Shown here one piece after another: positions 14,008-26,237 of a DNA stretch of 64,000 bases. A model generated the notes under the pieces. It was not told where the DNA came from and did no database searches. It saw nothing but the letters and a program-made list of their open reading frames with translations. Source of the DNA: Phoronis australis (lineage: Eukaryota > Animalia > Phoronida); NCBI GenBank assembly GCA_002633005.1, contig NMRA01000518.1, forward strand, positions 186,001-250,000, given 5' to 3'. The position numbers and the translations under genes were made by a program. The number at the start of each line of letters is the position of its first letter. Within the stretch, counting starts at the first letter, position 1.

Positions 14008-14580
14008 AGCTTGCATATTTGCGCGACATATTTTTAATGACATATGGAAAAATTCACTTTCGAGATTCATAAACATTGCCCCGTATATATGTGCTATACA
14101 CTTTTGAGAAGAATCACGTATGTTCGATAATAAAGGGTTTTGGCTCACTACATGCACTAAACTCGTACAGTTTACTTAAAACAAGATGTTACCGGGTCTG
14201 TCCTTTTTTGGTCACACAACAAGACATTATTGGATCGGGAGCCTTTACCGACGGATCTTCACCCGAAGAATAACATTTTGATAGTGTTAGCTGAACCATA
14301 GATCATAGCCTGTACTATAGTCTATGGCTGAGCACAAAACATAAAGTTAAAATATAGAAAGGTAAAAGACTTCAGTTTACTGAACAGTGACAGGCGCAAA
14401 TACTAATGAGCAGCCAGGCCTAAATTTGGTCCTTCTGGAGACTGATAACTTACATTTAAGCGGAAGAAATTCAGTATTCAATATTCGACTTAATGTGCTG
14501 GAACATTTTTTAACTCATGTTTTTTCTACCAGCGTTTTTAGTCTTTAACTGCATTTTTAACTACCATCCCATATTTTCAG

Positions 14581-14660
14581 CTGAGTTCCGCCAAATGAGA
14601 AAAGTGGACGACTTCCTTGCTTTGCAAAACCTCAGCCTGTCTGCTTCGCTCTGTGCTTAG
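14581..14660 (+). CDS. stum: stum candidate alternative terminal exon B (AEFRQMRKVDDFLALQNLSLSASLCA*)
   Basis: Pyrimidine-rich acceptor ...CCATATTTTCAG|CT, phase 1; begins x-E-F-R like variants A and C; ends in TAG. Confidence 0.6.
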
Positions 14661-17332
14661 CTTTGCATAACAGCACGTATTCTTCCTCGTGTTTATTAGT
14701 CTCGCAAACATCATTGCAAAATAGGAGCAAAGCCGAGTAATCGTAATCTGACAAAATGATTGCTTTTTATCGGTTTCAAAAATGAAATATGTTTGCGACA
14801 GCTTTTCGTGCAACTTCCATGTGCATCATACGAAACAAAAAATAGAGCAAAACAAAAAACAAACTGACCCATGCAAGACAAGACACGGCAGGGTGAAAAG
14901 AGAGGCCTAACAAGATAAGTAAAATTCGCTGGGTAAATATGGTTTAACGCTTTGCACCACTAGTACGTGGTAGGCACAGGAAGGAATGACTTAAAATATT
15001 TCTATGGAAATTACTGCCACAAGAATGATTAATAAATTCCTAGTGATGTCCACTGACGCAACAGCCAGTGACATCTATTGGCCTTTTTTGTCTATCTGTC
15101 GTTACCGGTTCCCACGCACAGAAAGCGCAAAGGATTGTGTCATGGAAAAATGCTGTAGAGAGATTATTACCCTATTCTGCAATGATGCTTTGCTTGGTTG
15201 ACATCAGTTTGAGCGCTAATTTTGACTGCAATGTTTTTCGTGAGCTAATTTCGTCTCCGTTTACTGTGGAAATGCTGACTACTTTCTGTTACATAATGGT
15301 TTCACCGAATACATTTTCTAAAAATGGAAATTAGCTTATTACATAGACCACGAAGAAATAATAGTTAAATAAATTTCTTTTGTAGTTGTCTATGTATTAC
15401 TGGGTGTCAATTTCCCACTTTACTAACGTACCATTGGAAATTAGTGCTATACAGTAAGACTGGAAGGAGCTCTGTTCAATGCGTGTTAATGGCATGCCCC
15501 TGTGTTTCAATGTGTGTCTTATGTCATCATCACCACATACCTAGGATGCGTTTCGCAGACGCAAGGCACTCGCGAAAAACCAAACCATGCACTACACCAC
15601 AAAATCACGCGAGTTAATGGCGAATGCTTCATCAGAGGCTGCTCGGGAACTTACAAGCGCGGTGGTCGCTGAAGCGACAAGATTGGAATGTTTTTAAACT
15701 TAAAAGTTGCATTACGTCTTCTTTAACTGGCTAAAATCAAACAGTTGAATTACTAGGCCTTTGGCTATCATAATTCCGTTACCAAATCAAGTCACAAATG
15801 TACGTGCATGTGGCATTTTCGAATTAACAATTTTAGGGTTAACTCAATGCATTTTCTTGAGAGGTTGATGGTTTCGACGTTCGTTAAAAATAGAACCATA
15901 TCACAGTAAGGAATGATTTAAAACTGATTTTATGAGAGTTAAAGGATTGGTTCGATTTTCTTTTGTAGCTAACTAAACAACAAAATACAGAATTACGGCA
16001 CAGAGTTTTTAATGTTTTCGTTTCTTGTTCGAAGAGTTCTGTCCGCGAGTGTCTCGAGAGTGTCTTGCATTTACACAACGCGGGATAGTATGGGACTTCC
16101 TGTGGGATTACTCAATGTTATGTCTGTTACTAATTGTGGGTTATACTATGTGTTCTGTCAATGTACTCTTTGTGTTTGTGTATGTGTTATGGCGAGATGG
16201 TATAAACCCAGATGGCACTATTAATGCACAAGTCCACAGTTTCAGTCCACCATTTGAATGTTTAATTTGATAGAATAAAGAAACCAATTCACGTTCGTTT
16301 CCCATGTAAAGTGGACGAAAGAGTAAGAACTCTTAAAACCAATATTTTTTATCGACTAGATTGCCAAATGGTTGCAGTTATGCCATCATTTTTTCATTCA
16401 GACAATTGCGGAACACATTTAAAGTGTCAATGATGGCAGTAAGAATCCGATTATTTGCAAAGTCACTAACATTTTTATGAAGTTCCAAGCAGCGAATGAA
16501 TTTATCACCAAGCTCTGGTTCTGCCAATTGCTCATTATTTTAAGAGAAATGTACGTTTTGTTGTCTTGTCCCATAAAGTGTTTGTAAAAATTGTCTGTTT
16601 ACAAAGTTCGATATCACACTGGTGCGCGTGCCCACCTCGAAACGGTGAACTAGTGCACACAGCAACTTAAAACTTTTAATTGCACATGTTAATGTTGTAA
16701 TGCGAGTTAAAGTGCCACTACACCCGCCTCCTTGTAACTTGATGTCAAGTTGGTAGGGCTTCGAAAGAACTGACATTACGTCTCTACTTGATCAGGATTG
16801 AACTTAATACTGTAATTGACCGGAAAGTGTTGGTGACGATATTTATGCACCGATTGTAAAATGACTGCCAATCGTGTGGAATGAGGTTTCTTAGCTCGAA
16901 CACAGGGTGCTGCTACCAAAATCGCAAATCAATTTCTTGACTTTAAGTTGTCCTCGTTGTCATGAAGACCATCTTTACGGATGTTAGAAACAGTAAAGAA
17001 ATTTAAACGCAGATTGAACTGGGTAACCGAAGCATGAGACAAACACCGACTTAATTGGTATTCAGTTAATCATTAGTTATAATTGGTTCATTTCCGGATT
17101 TGAATTTGTCCTCTTGTGCGTGAACTAATTTTAATGCAACTGCTGCAATTTGGCTTAAAACATCGAATTATCGACACAGACGTGTACGAAGTATTAGAGG
17201 TTTATTATCTGAAACTAAACCGCTTTCCAAGTTCTGTAACAGCTTCAAATATCATGGAGATCAATTTATTCGTGGCCACTTGTCAGGACACCCACATATT
17301 AAATTGAATGTTATTTTTCCTTTTTTGTCCAG

Positions 17333-17403
17333 TGGAATACCGGAAGTTAAGAAGAAAGATGAGTATATCCAACCGTGTAGTCAACGCACTGGCACGCAAG
17401 TAG
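17333..17403 (+). CDS. stum: stum candidate alternative terminal exon C (VEYRKLRRKMSISNRVVNALARK*)
   Basis: Very strong acceptor TTATTTTTCCTTTTTTGTCCAG|TG, phase 1; begins x-E-Y-R-K-L-R-R-K; AATAAA lies 50 nt after the stop. Confidence 0.7.
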
Positions 17404-17452
17404 AGTCGGATCTGTGTCGTTTGTGAGCACTGTTAAGTGTACATGTATGTGA

Positions 17453-17458
17453 AATAAA
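17453..17458 (+). terminator. Putative polyadenylation signal for stum exon C
   Basis: AATAAA followed by a GT/T-rich tract (GTTTTACCTGTCTTTTAGTTTTGTGG). Confidence 0.5.
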
Positions 17459-17745
17459 CTGTTTTACCTGTCTTTTAGTTTTGTGGTCTTTGGCCCGTGG
17501 CGCTGGTGGGCCCGGAAACTAACGAGACCAATTGAAAAATACTTTCCGGCTTCATTTGAATTAGAAACTCCTCAAAGCGAGTTTTACTGCACCCTAATTT
17601 AGTAACAAAGTGGTTTTGAATAATACTCATTCAACATGTCTTTGGCCGGGTTAAATAATTTAATTTCTGGTGATGCACGGCACTAACCTGTAGTTTTTAA
17701 TACATGATCATGTTTTGAGATATCTTTTGGCTAATGAATAGAGAA

Positions 17746-17984
17746 CATGCGCGCACCCAGCCTTGAAAATGGGGGGGCTCGAATTTCTGTCTGTCGACAT
17801 GGACGTTTTGCTGACAAAACATTAGAAGGACTAAAAAAAAAAAATAACGGGGTAAAACTGTGCGTCTGCGTCTTTTTTAGTGCACTTTTGTCACGTTTCT
17901 CGGACTTTGAGGCGGATCTTTTTGCCCACTTTGCCAAATGGGGTTGCTCGTTGGAGCCCCCCCCCCCTCCTGGGTGCGCACATG
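17746..17984. mobile_element. MITE family M (CATGCGCGCACCCAG termini), copy 1, 5-bp TSD
   Basis: TIRs CATGCGCGCACCCAG / CTGGGTGCGCACATG; TSD GAGAA on both sides; homologous to 31065 and 43785. Confidence 0.85.
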
Positions 17985-18061
17985 GAGAATCCTACACTCG
18001 CCTCAGGTTTATACCAAGGGCAAAATCTCTTAGGAATTTCCTTAAAATCTCGATTCTTGCA

Positions 18062-18430
18062 GAGCACTGAATTGACCTTGAGACAGCACAGCCGGACAGT
18101 CTCACCGCGTTTCTTAAGTTGGGGTTCGTCTCCGTTTGAATGAACATCGGAATTCTCAGCCTAAAATGACTCCTTTTAAGAAGTTGTTTGCATGTCCTTT
18201 CGACTGGAGTACGTACAGTTGCGACACCCGATTTGTCAATCATAACCTTATCACCTTCATGGAATTCCGGCATTGTTTAGTTGGGGCGTGTTTGGTTGTT
18301 AGTATTAATGTTTTGCAAACGATAAAAGTAAGGCCTGTGGATTTCTACTTTGCACTACTTTTGTATCAAAAAATATATACTCGGTGTTATTAACCAGTCG
18401 TGTCGTTACACACTCTAGGTCATCGATGTG
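18062..18430. repeat. Dispersed repeat, homologous to 58560-59090
   Basis: Shared blocks GAGCACTGA..CTTGAGACAGC..AGTCTCACCGCG..GTTGGGGTTCGTCTCCGTT and TCATAACCTT(A/G)TCACCTTCA(T/C)GGAATTCCG. Confidence 0.75.
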
Positions 18431-19465
18431 AGAAAACTTACTATGTGTTCTAAATTGCTGGAAACAACTAAAACAAGCAGTGACATGCAGACAGCAGTAT
18501 CGACCCAGTCGAGCATTTTCTACTGACATGGAAACTAAGTTGGAAATCAAGGATGGGTTAAATTCAGGAAATTATCGCCTAGTCGTAAAATGCCTAAAAT
18601 ATGTGCTACGTCACTTTGCAGTTATGTATACTAGCGCAGTTCTTGAAAGTTTGGTCGAGATTAAGAAAATACGATGAAATCATAAAATACTGACAATATG
18701 CGCTACGGCTCTTCTTTGAATGTTTGTTTGAATATGTAGGAGGAGTTGCTCACAGAAAAGTATTTCCCTAATAGACGGATGCAAGAAATTCAAGAATGGT
18801 CAAAGTTCAGGGAAATCCCTTCGAATTGCGCAATGCCGACAATACGCCCTACGGCAGTTCGTAACCATACTTTTTTGAAAGTTTGTTAGAAATTCATTGA
18901 GCATGCTGGAGTTTCGCACGGACCCACGTACACACAGGCATTTTCCTAAGCCTTCGGCGAGAACTTACAAAGAACAGAAAACTGTTTCAACTCAGAGTGT
19001 TTTTGCAAGTTCTCCAAAGAAAATTCTTCTGGGCTCAAGAGGAACTACGAAGGGATTATAATAGCATGCAGATGTCAATAAACCCACTGAAAGGAAATAG
19101 CGAAGCATTTATACCCGTGTAAATATAGAGGGTCTTCCTTTTGGTAATTACAAAAGACCACAAAGAAGCTTATTTCTTTACTTACTATAAAACATAGAAC
19201 TCCGTGCAATACTTTTAGGAACGGCCTTTATCAAAGACTCGGGTAACTGCGAAAAATTGTCTTTGCTATATCCGGCACTAAATTTAAACTCGTACCCAGT
19301 CAATGTTACCGGAGACCCAGTGTGCCGGTATTGGAGACTCGGCGTAGGTTTAGTTAATCATCTCAACACTACCACATCCAAATACCCTCCGTGAAAAACT
19401 TGCGACGGAAACCCAGCTTCATGACTGGTTCTTAGTAGCAGGAACATAATAGGTGAGAAAAGGGA

Positions 19466-19530
19466 TTTTGCGCGGATTCGAGCCTGCAACCCACACGGTC
19501 GCAGTCTAACGCGACGCGTGCTAAATCTCT
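19466..19530 (-). mobile_element. Decayed tRNA-derived SINE head
   Basis: The - strand reads GAGATTTAGCACGCG...GACTGCGACCGTGTGGGTTGCAGGCTCGAATCC (B-box-like). A similar head lies at 49590-49660 (+). No complete cloverleaf. Confidence 0.4.
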
Positions 19531-20926
19531 TTCGATGACAGTATTTCAAATGCATTTAACTAGGCGAATGTCTGTCTGACAACGGCGAGACTTAGCGATC
19601 TGTAATGAAATCACAAAAACACAACGGGTTTCGTTATTTTTTCGCGGTGGTCAAAGCTGATCGCTTCAAGAAGTCTATCCCATTTAAAAACAATACTTAA
19701 AATGCCGCCGGATAACCGTTAATGCTATTTTTAAAAGAAACAGGTTTAATTCTTACTTACTCCCTGAAATGCAAATTGCATGAAGATGCCAACTTTTTTG
19801 GCCATAATGCCACTGGATTTCACGAAAGTTTGGTTGAACTTTTCTCTGAGTAATTACCATACCGTGATCTATCATGAACAACATCCCTCAAGAGTGCTTT
19901 CCCACTGAGTCCATATTCTCTCGGCCTAACATTCTTTACTGACCGCAAGCAGAACGGCCTTAAGACAAATTGAAATTTAATCTTAAAAATGACTTATATT
20001 TAACATTTAGCTTAGCTACGTCAGTTTTCTTGGTACTGGCCCAGGGGCCACAAATTACGTCTCGCTTGTTTTCAAGCCAAGTTAAGCTAGAAAACGATTG
20101 AATTAAGAAAACAATTTTGATGAATGACTTTTGTAACTTCTAGGACATTAGATTATTTGAAAATAAAAACAAACCAATAATCCCAGAATGGGATTAATGT
20201 AACCTGCCTAAGGAGTTAACATCAGCCGATAATACCAAGCAGGATAGCGACCTTGAGAGTAGTTGTAAAAATTGAAAATTTACTTTAGAATCAGTTTCAA
20301 TAGACTTTGTGCAACTTTTTGAACACTTTGGCGCAGTATACCTACCATATTTTCAGGTTCATGTGGAACAGACTGTTGGAGTGACTTGCCAAGACCAGAT
20401 TTTTCAAACCCAAAATTAACAAAAAGAGTAGATTGCCGCCTATAGATTGACGGGAACATCTGGTAATCTTCGCCTAGTAACGGAAGTCGAGGTGAAAACA
20501 AAGCCGTAGCAACGATAGCGGACACGCCAGTCTAAGTCCACTGAGCGAGTGGTCTCCTTCATTTTACTTATGGTTTATAATACTTCAGATCTGTATTTTT
20601 TTGCCAATATTGTGTTTTATTGCAAGTTCGCAAGGATGTGTTCGAATCGCGATCGCATCCTAAAGAATACGGAAAGAGAAGGTTTATTTTTCTAAAAAAC
20701 CCAAAGTCGATCGGTTTTGAGGAAACTTGCTGGACCCGTGTCGAGGTCACAGCCGAAGGTGATCGCTACAGCGGAAATAAATAAAATGCATAATTTTCAC
20801 GAAACCCAAGGATTTTGTATGTCCGCCACGTTCTGGAGACAATTACAATACACAAGCAGAGATACAGCCTACAAGAACAAATAATGTTTGGGTTGTAAAG
20901 TCACGTAATCGAATGGAATTAGATAG

Positions 20927-21036
20927 AGAGTGCTACGAGTGTCTCTATATATCAGAGTGCTACGACTGTCTCCATGTATCAGAGTGCTACGAGTGTCTCC
21001 ATGTATCAGAGTGCTACGAGTGTCTCGATGTATCAG
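20927..21036. repeat. 27-bp tandem repeat, 4 copies
   Basis: Unit AGAGTGCTACGAGTGTCTCCATGTATC. Confidence 0.9.
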
Positions 21037-21294
21037 TCATACTACTGGTCTTAATCATCTCCTATTATTGTCTCTTGCGTTGATCAAAAATGAAAAATTA
21101 ATTCTTACAAGAGACTCGTCATAAAAACAAAAAATCGACACAACTTTGTCGCAACTGTTGCCCATAAATTTAGTTGTGTTTCAGGTTTAATAAATGTCTT
21201 TATAAATATATTTATCTGAACAAATACGAATACACCACAGCCTGCGTTGAAGCATCCTAATTCACCAGACGCCAAAGTGAACGTAAATCATTAA

Positions 21295-21652
21295 AATGAT
21301 ACTAAACCCTGTTTAGATAATTTCAAGCAATGCTCATTCTGTCGCCTGCTAATCCATCATTGGCAACTTTCTTGCAAGATAAAGCCATATCAATTAAAAC
21401 ACTCGCACTCCCTATGTCACAGGTTGGACATTATGGTCCTTGGTGGATGGTCTTTTCCCACAGATGCCGTGTAATTCGCTGAAAGCGTAGGTCACGCTTG
21501 ACCAATTAGTAAAATTTGAAAGGAGTTTTCAAATTCCTCTCCAAACTTCTGAGGGTTGTCGAGGGTCACAGAGCATTATTTTGTTTCAGAGAACGGGATG
21601 GGAAAATAGTTTTTAATATCTGCTAATAGACCAAAACTGGGTTTGGTATCCT
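21295..21652. mobile_element. Kolobok-type non-autonomous element, family C
   Basis: TTAA flanks; TIRs GATACTAAACCCTGTTT / AAACTGGGTTTGGTATCCT. Homologous copies at 28241, 42195 and 47868; end fragment at 1141. Confidence 0.7.
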
Positions 21653-21656
21653 TTAA

Positions 21657-23040
21657 GGTTATCTCAAACCTTATTTAGTGGCATCCATTCTAACTCATAT
21701 ATCAAAAAACTAAGCTTTGTCAGCTAGTAAAAGTCTATATTTTTGAAAGAAAAAATATCAAGTATTTGTGTACCGTTATTATTATTATCTTAACATATTT
21801 TTAAATCCAAATTTCATTCTTAAGAAAGGTACATTCATAACGCCACGGTCGATTTTAATGAAACCTCTGTTAATTGAAAACTTCACCAGTTACCTCAAAA
21901 CCGCTATTAGGAATTTTCGATTAGTCTTTTCGTTTGGTTTCTATGGCAAATCAAATAGCAAAACGTAAGGAATTTTTGTAAAAATTAGAAGTCGTATTCG
22001 TCTTTATTACATTATGCAAAAATTAGACGTTTTTATCGAAAACCCTTACAATGTTTTTGAGATTGATGATTAAATATTAACAATAATATATTAATTTTGG
22101 AAAGTTTCAGCTAACTCCACCAGGCCGTTTCCGAGAAGTTGTGTTCCTAAGTCCAAATAAAGTCGATTTGCCGAAGCCGAGAAAAATCAGATTAAAGTGG
22201 GACGAGTGAAAATTTCAAAGTCTTCGGTTAATTATTCGGTGAAAACTTGTTTTCGGTAAATATAACCTACACATGCCTTAACCATATTAGTTATTTCAAC
22301 ATTCACTCTCACTGTCAACTGAATTTGTCGTGCTTAATTAACTTAATTATCATTAAAACGTACCGTCCTTAGGCACGAGGTAAGACCAACTGTTACTGTT
22401 TTTGACCTACTTAAAAGTAGACCCCAGCTCATACATACACCTGTAGTGCCGGATGACTGACACGAAACCAAGTAAGAAATGGATAACAAAACTCGAGTCG
22501 GTAGTTAAAGCATGTTGTTAGCATGAGATCGAAACAGCGAAATGTCAATTTATTTATTGAACTAAGGAATTTGGGAGAGGATTTATCTCATTTCACAACT
22601 TGCTGTTGTCATGAACACAGAGGCGTGAGGCAACTCGTAGCATTTGTTCTCAACGGTCGTATGCATGTAGACGCACAACTTCCTCAGGATCAAAACTACG
22701 TTTTGTCTTTGTTTTCCCCGGCACCGTTCCATCATAAGTACTCTATTATGGCAACTCAGTAAATGAAAGGACGGAGGGTACATACGAAGCTGCTCTGTAT
22801 ACCTGGCAGGAGATTCTATTTGAGTGACTGCCCTGTAACCTTTAACCTTGGATAAGTAGTAAACAAATATCCACGCGGTTATGCGGTTCCAAGGTGGTTC
22901 TGCTAAATCTGTTTTTTTCTGGCTACACCGTATGCATTTTGTATTTAAAGTTCCCCGAGAATGAAGGTAAGGTATTTAGATACACACATGTGAAATATTG
23001 TGAAAATGGCCAATTTTTGTGAATAAGGTTTGAGATATCC
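21657..23040. mobile_element. Kolobok-type non-autonomous element, family B (~1.4 kb)
   Basis: TTAA|GGTTATCTCAAACCTTATT ... AATAAGGTTTGAGATATCC|TTAA; second copy at 38886-40172. Confidence 0.8.
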
Positions 23041-23091
23041 TTAAGTATTCATATTACTTATGTTTTATTTTGTTCACTGGTTGAGAATTCA

Positions 23092-23575
23092 ACGTGAAAG
23101 CTCGTCAAAAATATCTTTAAAACAACTCCTGACAAAATTACAATCTCTCAAAGTCTAATACAGGGTAATTCATTTTCCCCTGTGAATGAACTTTCAGAAA
23201 AATCACAAAATACACGATACGTGCGAAGGAAAACACTGTGGTGACCACGGAGTTTCTAATCTCCCTTCCACTTATAGTAAATGCGCGCATGCACTCACAG
23301 TCAGTTGTTTGAAGCCGCTTGAGATCAAAGGTCACATTTCCCATATAATGGAAGTGTGCTACGTATATAGCTTGCCGTACCAGATAAGGAGACGTGCTTT
23401 GTCTTGTGGGAAAAAATATAGCAAATCGTTTTTTTTTGAAACTTGAAACTAAAAGAAAATGCTTTGATATGAACAAATTGTAAAAATACCAGGTGAGCTG
23501 GTTGAATTCTGTTTCAGTGGCAGAGATCCACGTTGAATATTGCACTTTTGTCTGTTTATCGCGTTCCAGATCTCT
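23092..23575. mobile_element. Kolobok-type family A, left end truncated
   Basis: Right end CGCGTTCCAGATCTCT|TTAA; body homologous to 48287-48825 and 59605-60488. Confidence 0.7.
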
Positions 23576-26149
23576 TTAAAAGACGAAATCCAGCACCAAG
23601 TGGCACTTCGCGTTTTCACAACAAAATCTTTCAAGTGTTGAATTCACGCTAAAAGTGGTTTTATACCCAGCGCAAGGTTAACATTCAAGCAATCTACCTA
23701 CTTCAAGATCGTTTATAGCATTTTACTGTGAAAATAATCACGTTTAACGAATCGTCTGCCCGCGTCCAGCGTTAATATTTATTGGGTGGCCAGGGAGTGC
23801 ACAGGTTACGATCCAACTCTCTTTTATTCGTGACATGCAATTGATTGTAGCCTATTTTCTCAGAGCGATAAGCTCTCAAAAGTCATAAAATCAGTTTGAA
23901 TGAGGGACATGCAATGGCTAAAACTTCTGGTGCTGGAAACTTGAAGTTATTTCTACTTGTATTTCGCGCCAGTTGTCTAAAATTTGCTAAAATTGACGTT
24001 AGCGCTGATTTAAATTTATCCCCAAAATGAAAGAGGGACAATTTTACGGAAGCTGCCATTTTTTCAAAATTATAAGAAAACATTTCAGTTATCAATCATC
24101 CCACCTAGTTGTTCAAATATGTCAAAAATCTGTGATATGTCTTGTTTCCACTTTTGCCTGATTTTTTCCTGTAGTCGATTTCATAATTCATTAATTCAGG
24201 GAAAACATCTAAAATGTAATTCAAAGAATTTTTAACTTATCGGTATGTTGCGAGAATGTGACTTGACCAATAAATTTGATTTTATTACTTGCATCAAGTT
24301 ATTTACGTGTATATATTATGTTAGTATTTGTATTGTATTGTATTGTATAGTTATCAAATAAGTTACTGAAATAAAAGTACAAGGTATTATAAAACCTGTT
24401 TCCCAAAATAACCAGAAACGCAATTTCTTTTTTAGTAAGTCATTTTTGAAAAATTGAAAAATCGATGTGCTCATGAACATGTATGGAATTTGAAATGTTA
24501 CTTATGAGGCATGCTCTTTCAAAACTATAACTCTCCGTTGAATTAAAAAATTAATTAGTTGTGCATGTTTTGATATGAAAGTTTTCAAAAAACCAAAAGC
24601 TCTCGGTTCTCAATCGCTGAAAATTCGGATCAAAACAACTGAAGACTAATTTTTCAAACGATTCCTGTTTCCCAAAAATGACGATATATTATTAATCAGA
24701 GTTTCATTGTTTTTGTCACAACTGCTCCAAACTAAATAAAGTTACACGAAGCAAAATTTTCTACAGTGAACAGATCTTGGTCTCAAAGGTTCCACTGAAG
24801 CCTGCCGCAGATTCAGTAGTGGTGGGGTGGTGGCACATATCTCGCATAAAACCCTAACCAGTATTTCAGAGTTCTTCCAGCACTTTGAAAGAAATTCTGG
24901 GATTGTGGGATAAAACTGCATGGCTCAGTTTGGGCATCAGTCAACACCGCGACCACACCGGCCGCCGGTCCCAGGCCACTCGACCTCGGGAACAGAAGGT
25001 CGTTATTTTTCTAATTTCCGTAAGTAAATAACTCAGAAATTGGTCCTTAGTCGCTTCACGAATACATAAAGAGGTGGAAATATGTATATCATGTAGTTGA
25101 CAAGCGAACGCTAAAACCATACAATGTGCAAACAGCTCTGCAAGCGCCATGTTCATGTTCAAGTTGGGGTCGGGAAATTGCGTGACCTCAAGTTCCCGAC
25201 AACCTATTCTTTTGTTGAAGAATGAACTGCCTATGTATAATAGAGAGTATTTGTCAAGCCAGTGGACGGGTTCGTTCTGTGACGATTACTTCGTAAGCCT
25301 TTTCTTATAACGTACACACAGGTCACTGGTTTTGAGTAAATACACGATTTGCCTCAGCATTGTGTCTGGCTACTAGTGAACAGGAAATACCAGTACTGTG
25401 AACAGTGTCAACGGTCGTAAAAATGGTTGGTTTGTAAAATATCCTGATAAAACCTGATTGAAAGAAGGAGAATGTGTAAGTATTTTCAACATCCATGTCT
25501 TATTATAAATGGCTATAATTTGGCTCCCGTATACGTCAGAATCTGTCACCGAAAATATCCTAAGCGAAACGTCCTATGAATCCCATTGTTGAGACATACG
25601 CCCAGCAAAATCATCTGATTCGAGGAGGATTTATTCCCGCGGATGTACGATGTAGCTTTTTGTGCTGAGTACCGAATTCTGTAAAGTTTATGTGTACATC
25701 ACGGCGAGACCAAAATTGCAAACATCCCTCTCAAGCTGAGAGTTAGACGGGAAAACGACTGTAAATTGAAGGTGTATCTCGCCCATGTTCAGGTGCATGA
25801 CTAAAAACTAAAATAGAATTAGACCCTAACATGATTTACTCTCATAAAATCGATCTCATAACACTCCATACCGCTATAAGAGTCCATTTCCAGTCAAGTT
25901 ACCATCTCAAGCCAACTTGATGTGAAAAGTGTCTCTATGTGTAAAACGTTTTAATATCATGACTTACAGGGGTAACTCTAACTCCCATAAGGGCACTTCA
26001 GTTGTCATGGAACTCACTGCAATGAGACAAGCTGACTTAAATAAATGTGCTACACTTGCTGATGCTGATTTATCTCTGTGAACTGCTGTTGTGAGAACTG
26101 CTACAGATATGTACACACCCCGTAACACGTACACGTATTTTTGTATTTT

Positions 26150-26168
26150 ACTTCTACTACTACCACTG

Positions 26169-26213
<45 letters not shown>

Positions 26214-26237
26214 AGTGCCGCCGCCGCTGCTGCTGCT
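26150..26237. repeat. (CTA)/(CTG)n/(GCC)n trinucleotide tract
   Basis: Compound trinucleotide microsatellite; reads poly-Leu then poly-Ala on + (see finding on a possible first exon). Confidence 0.9.

Noticed and set aside
17992-18273. ORF starting MPEFHEGDKVMI as an integrase C-terminal fragment
   Set aside because: Only a short motif-like match inside a dispersed repeat; the frame is not maintained in the 58.5-59.1 kb copy.
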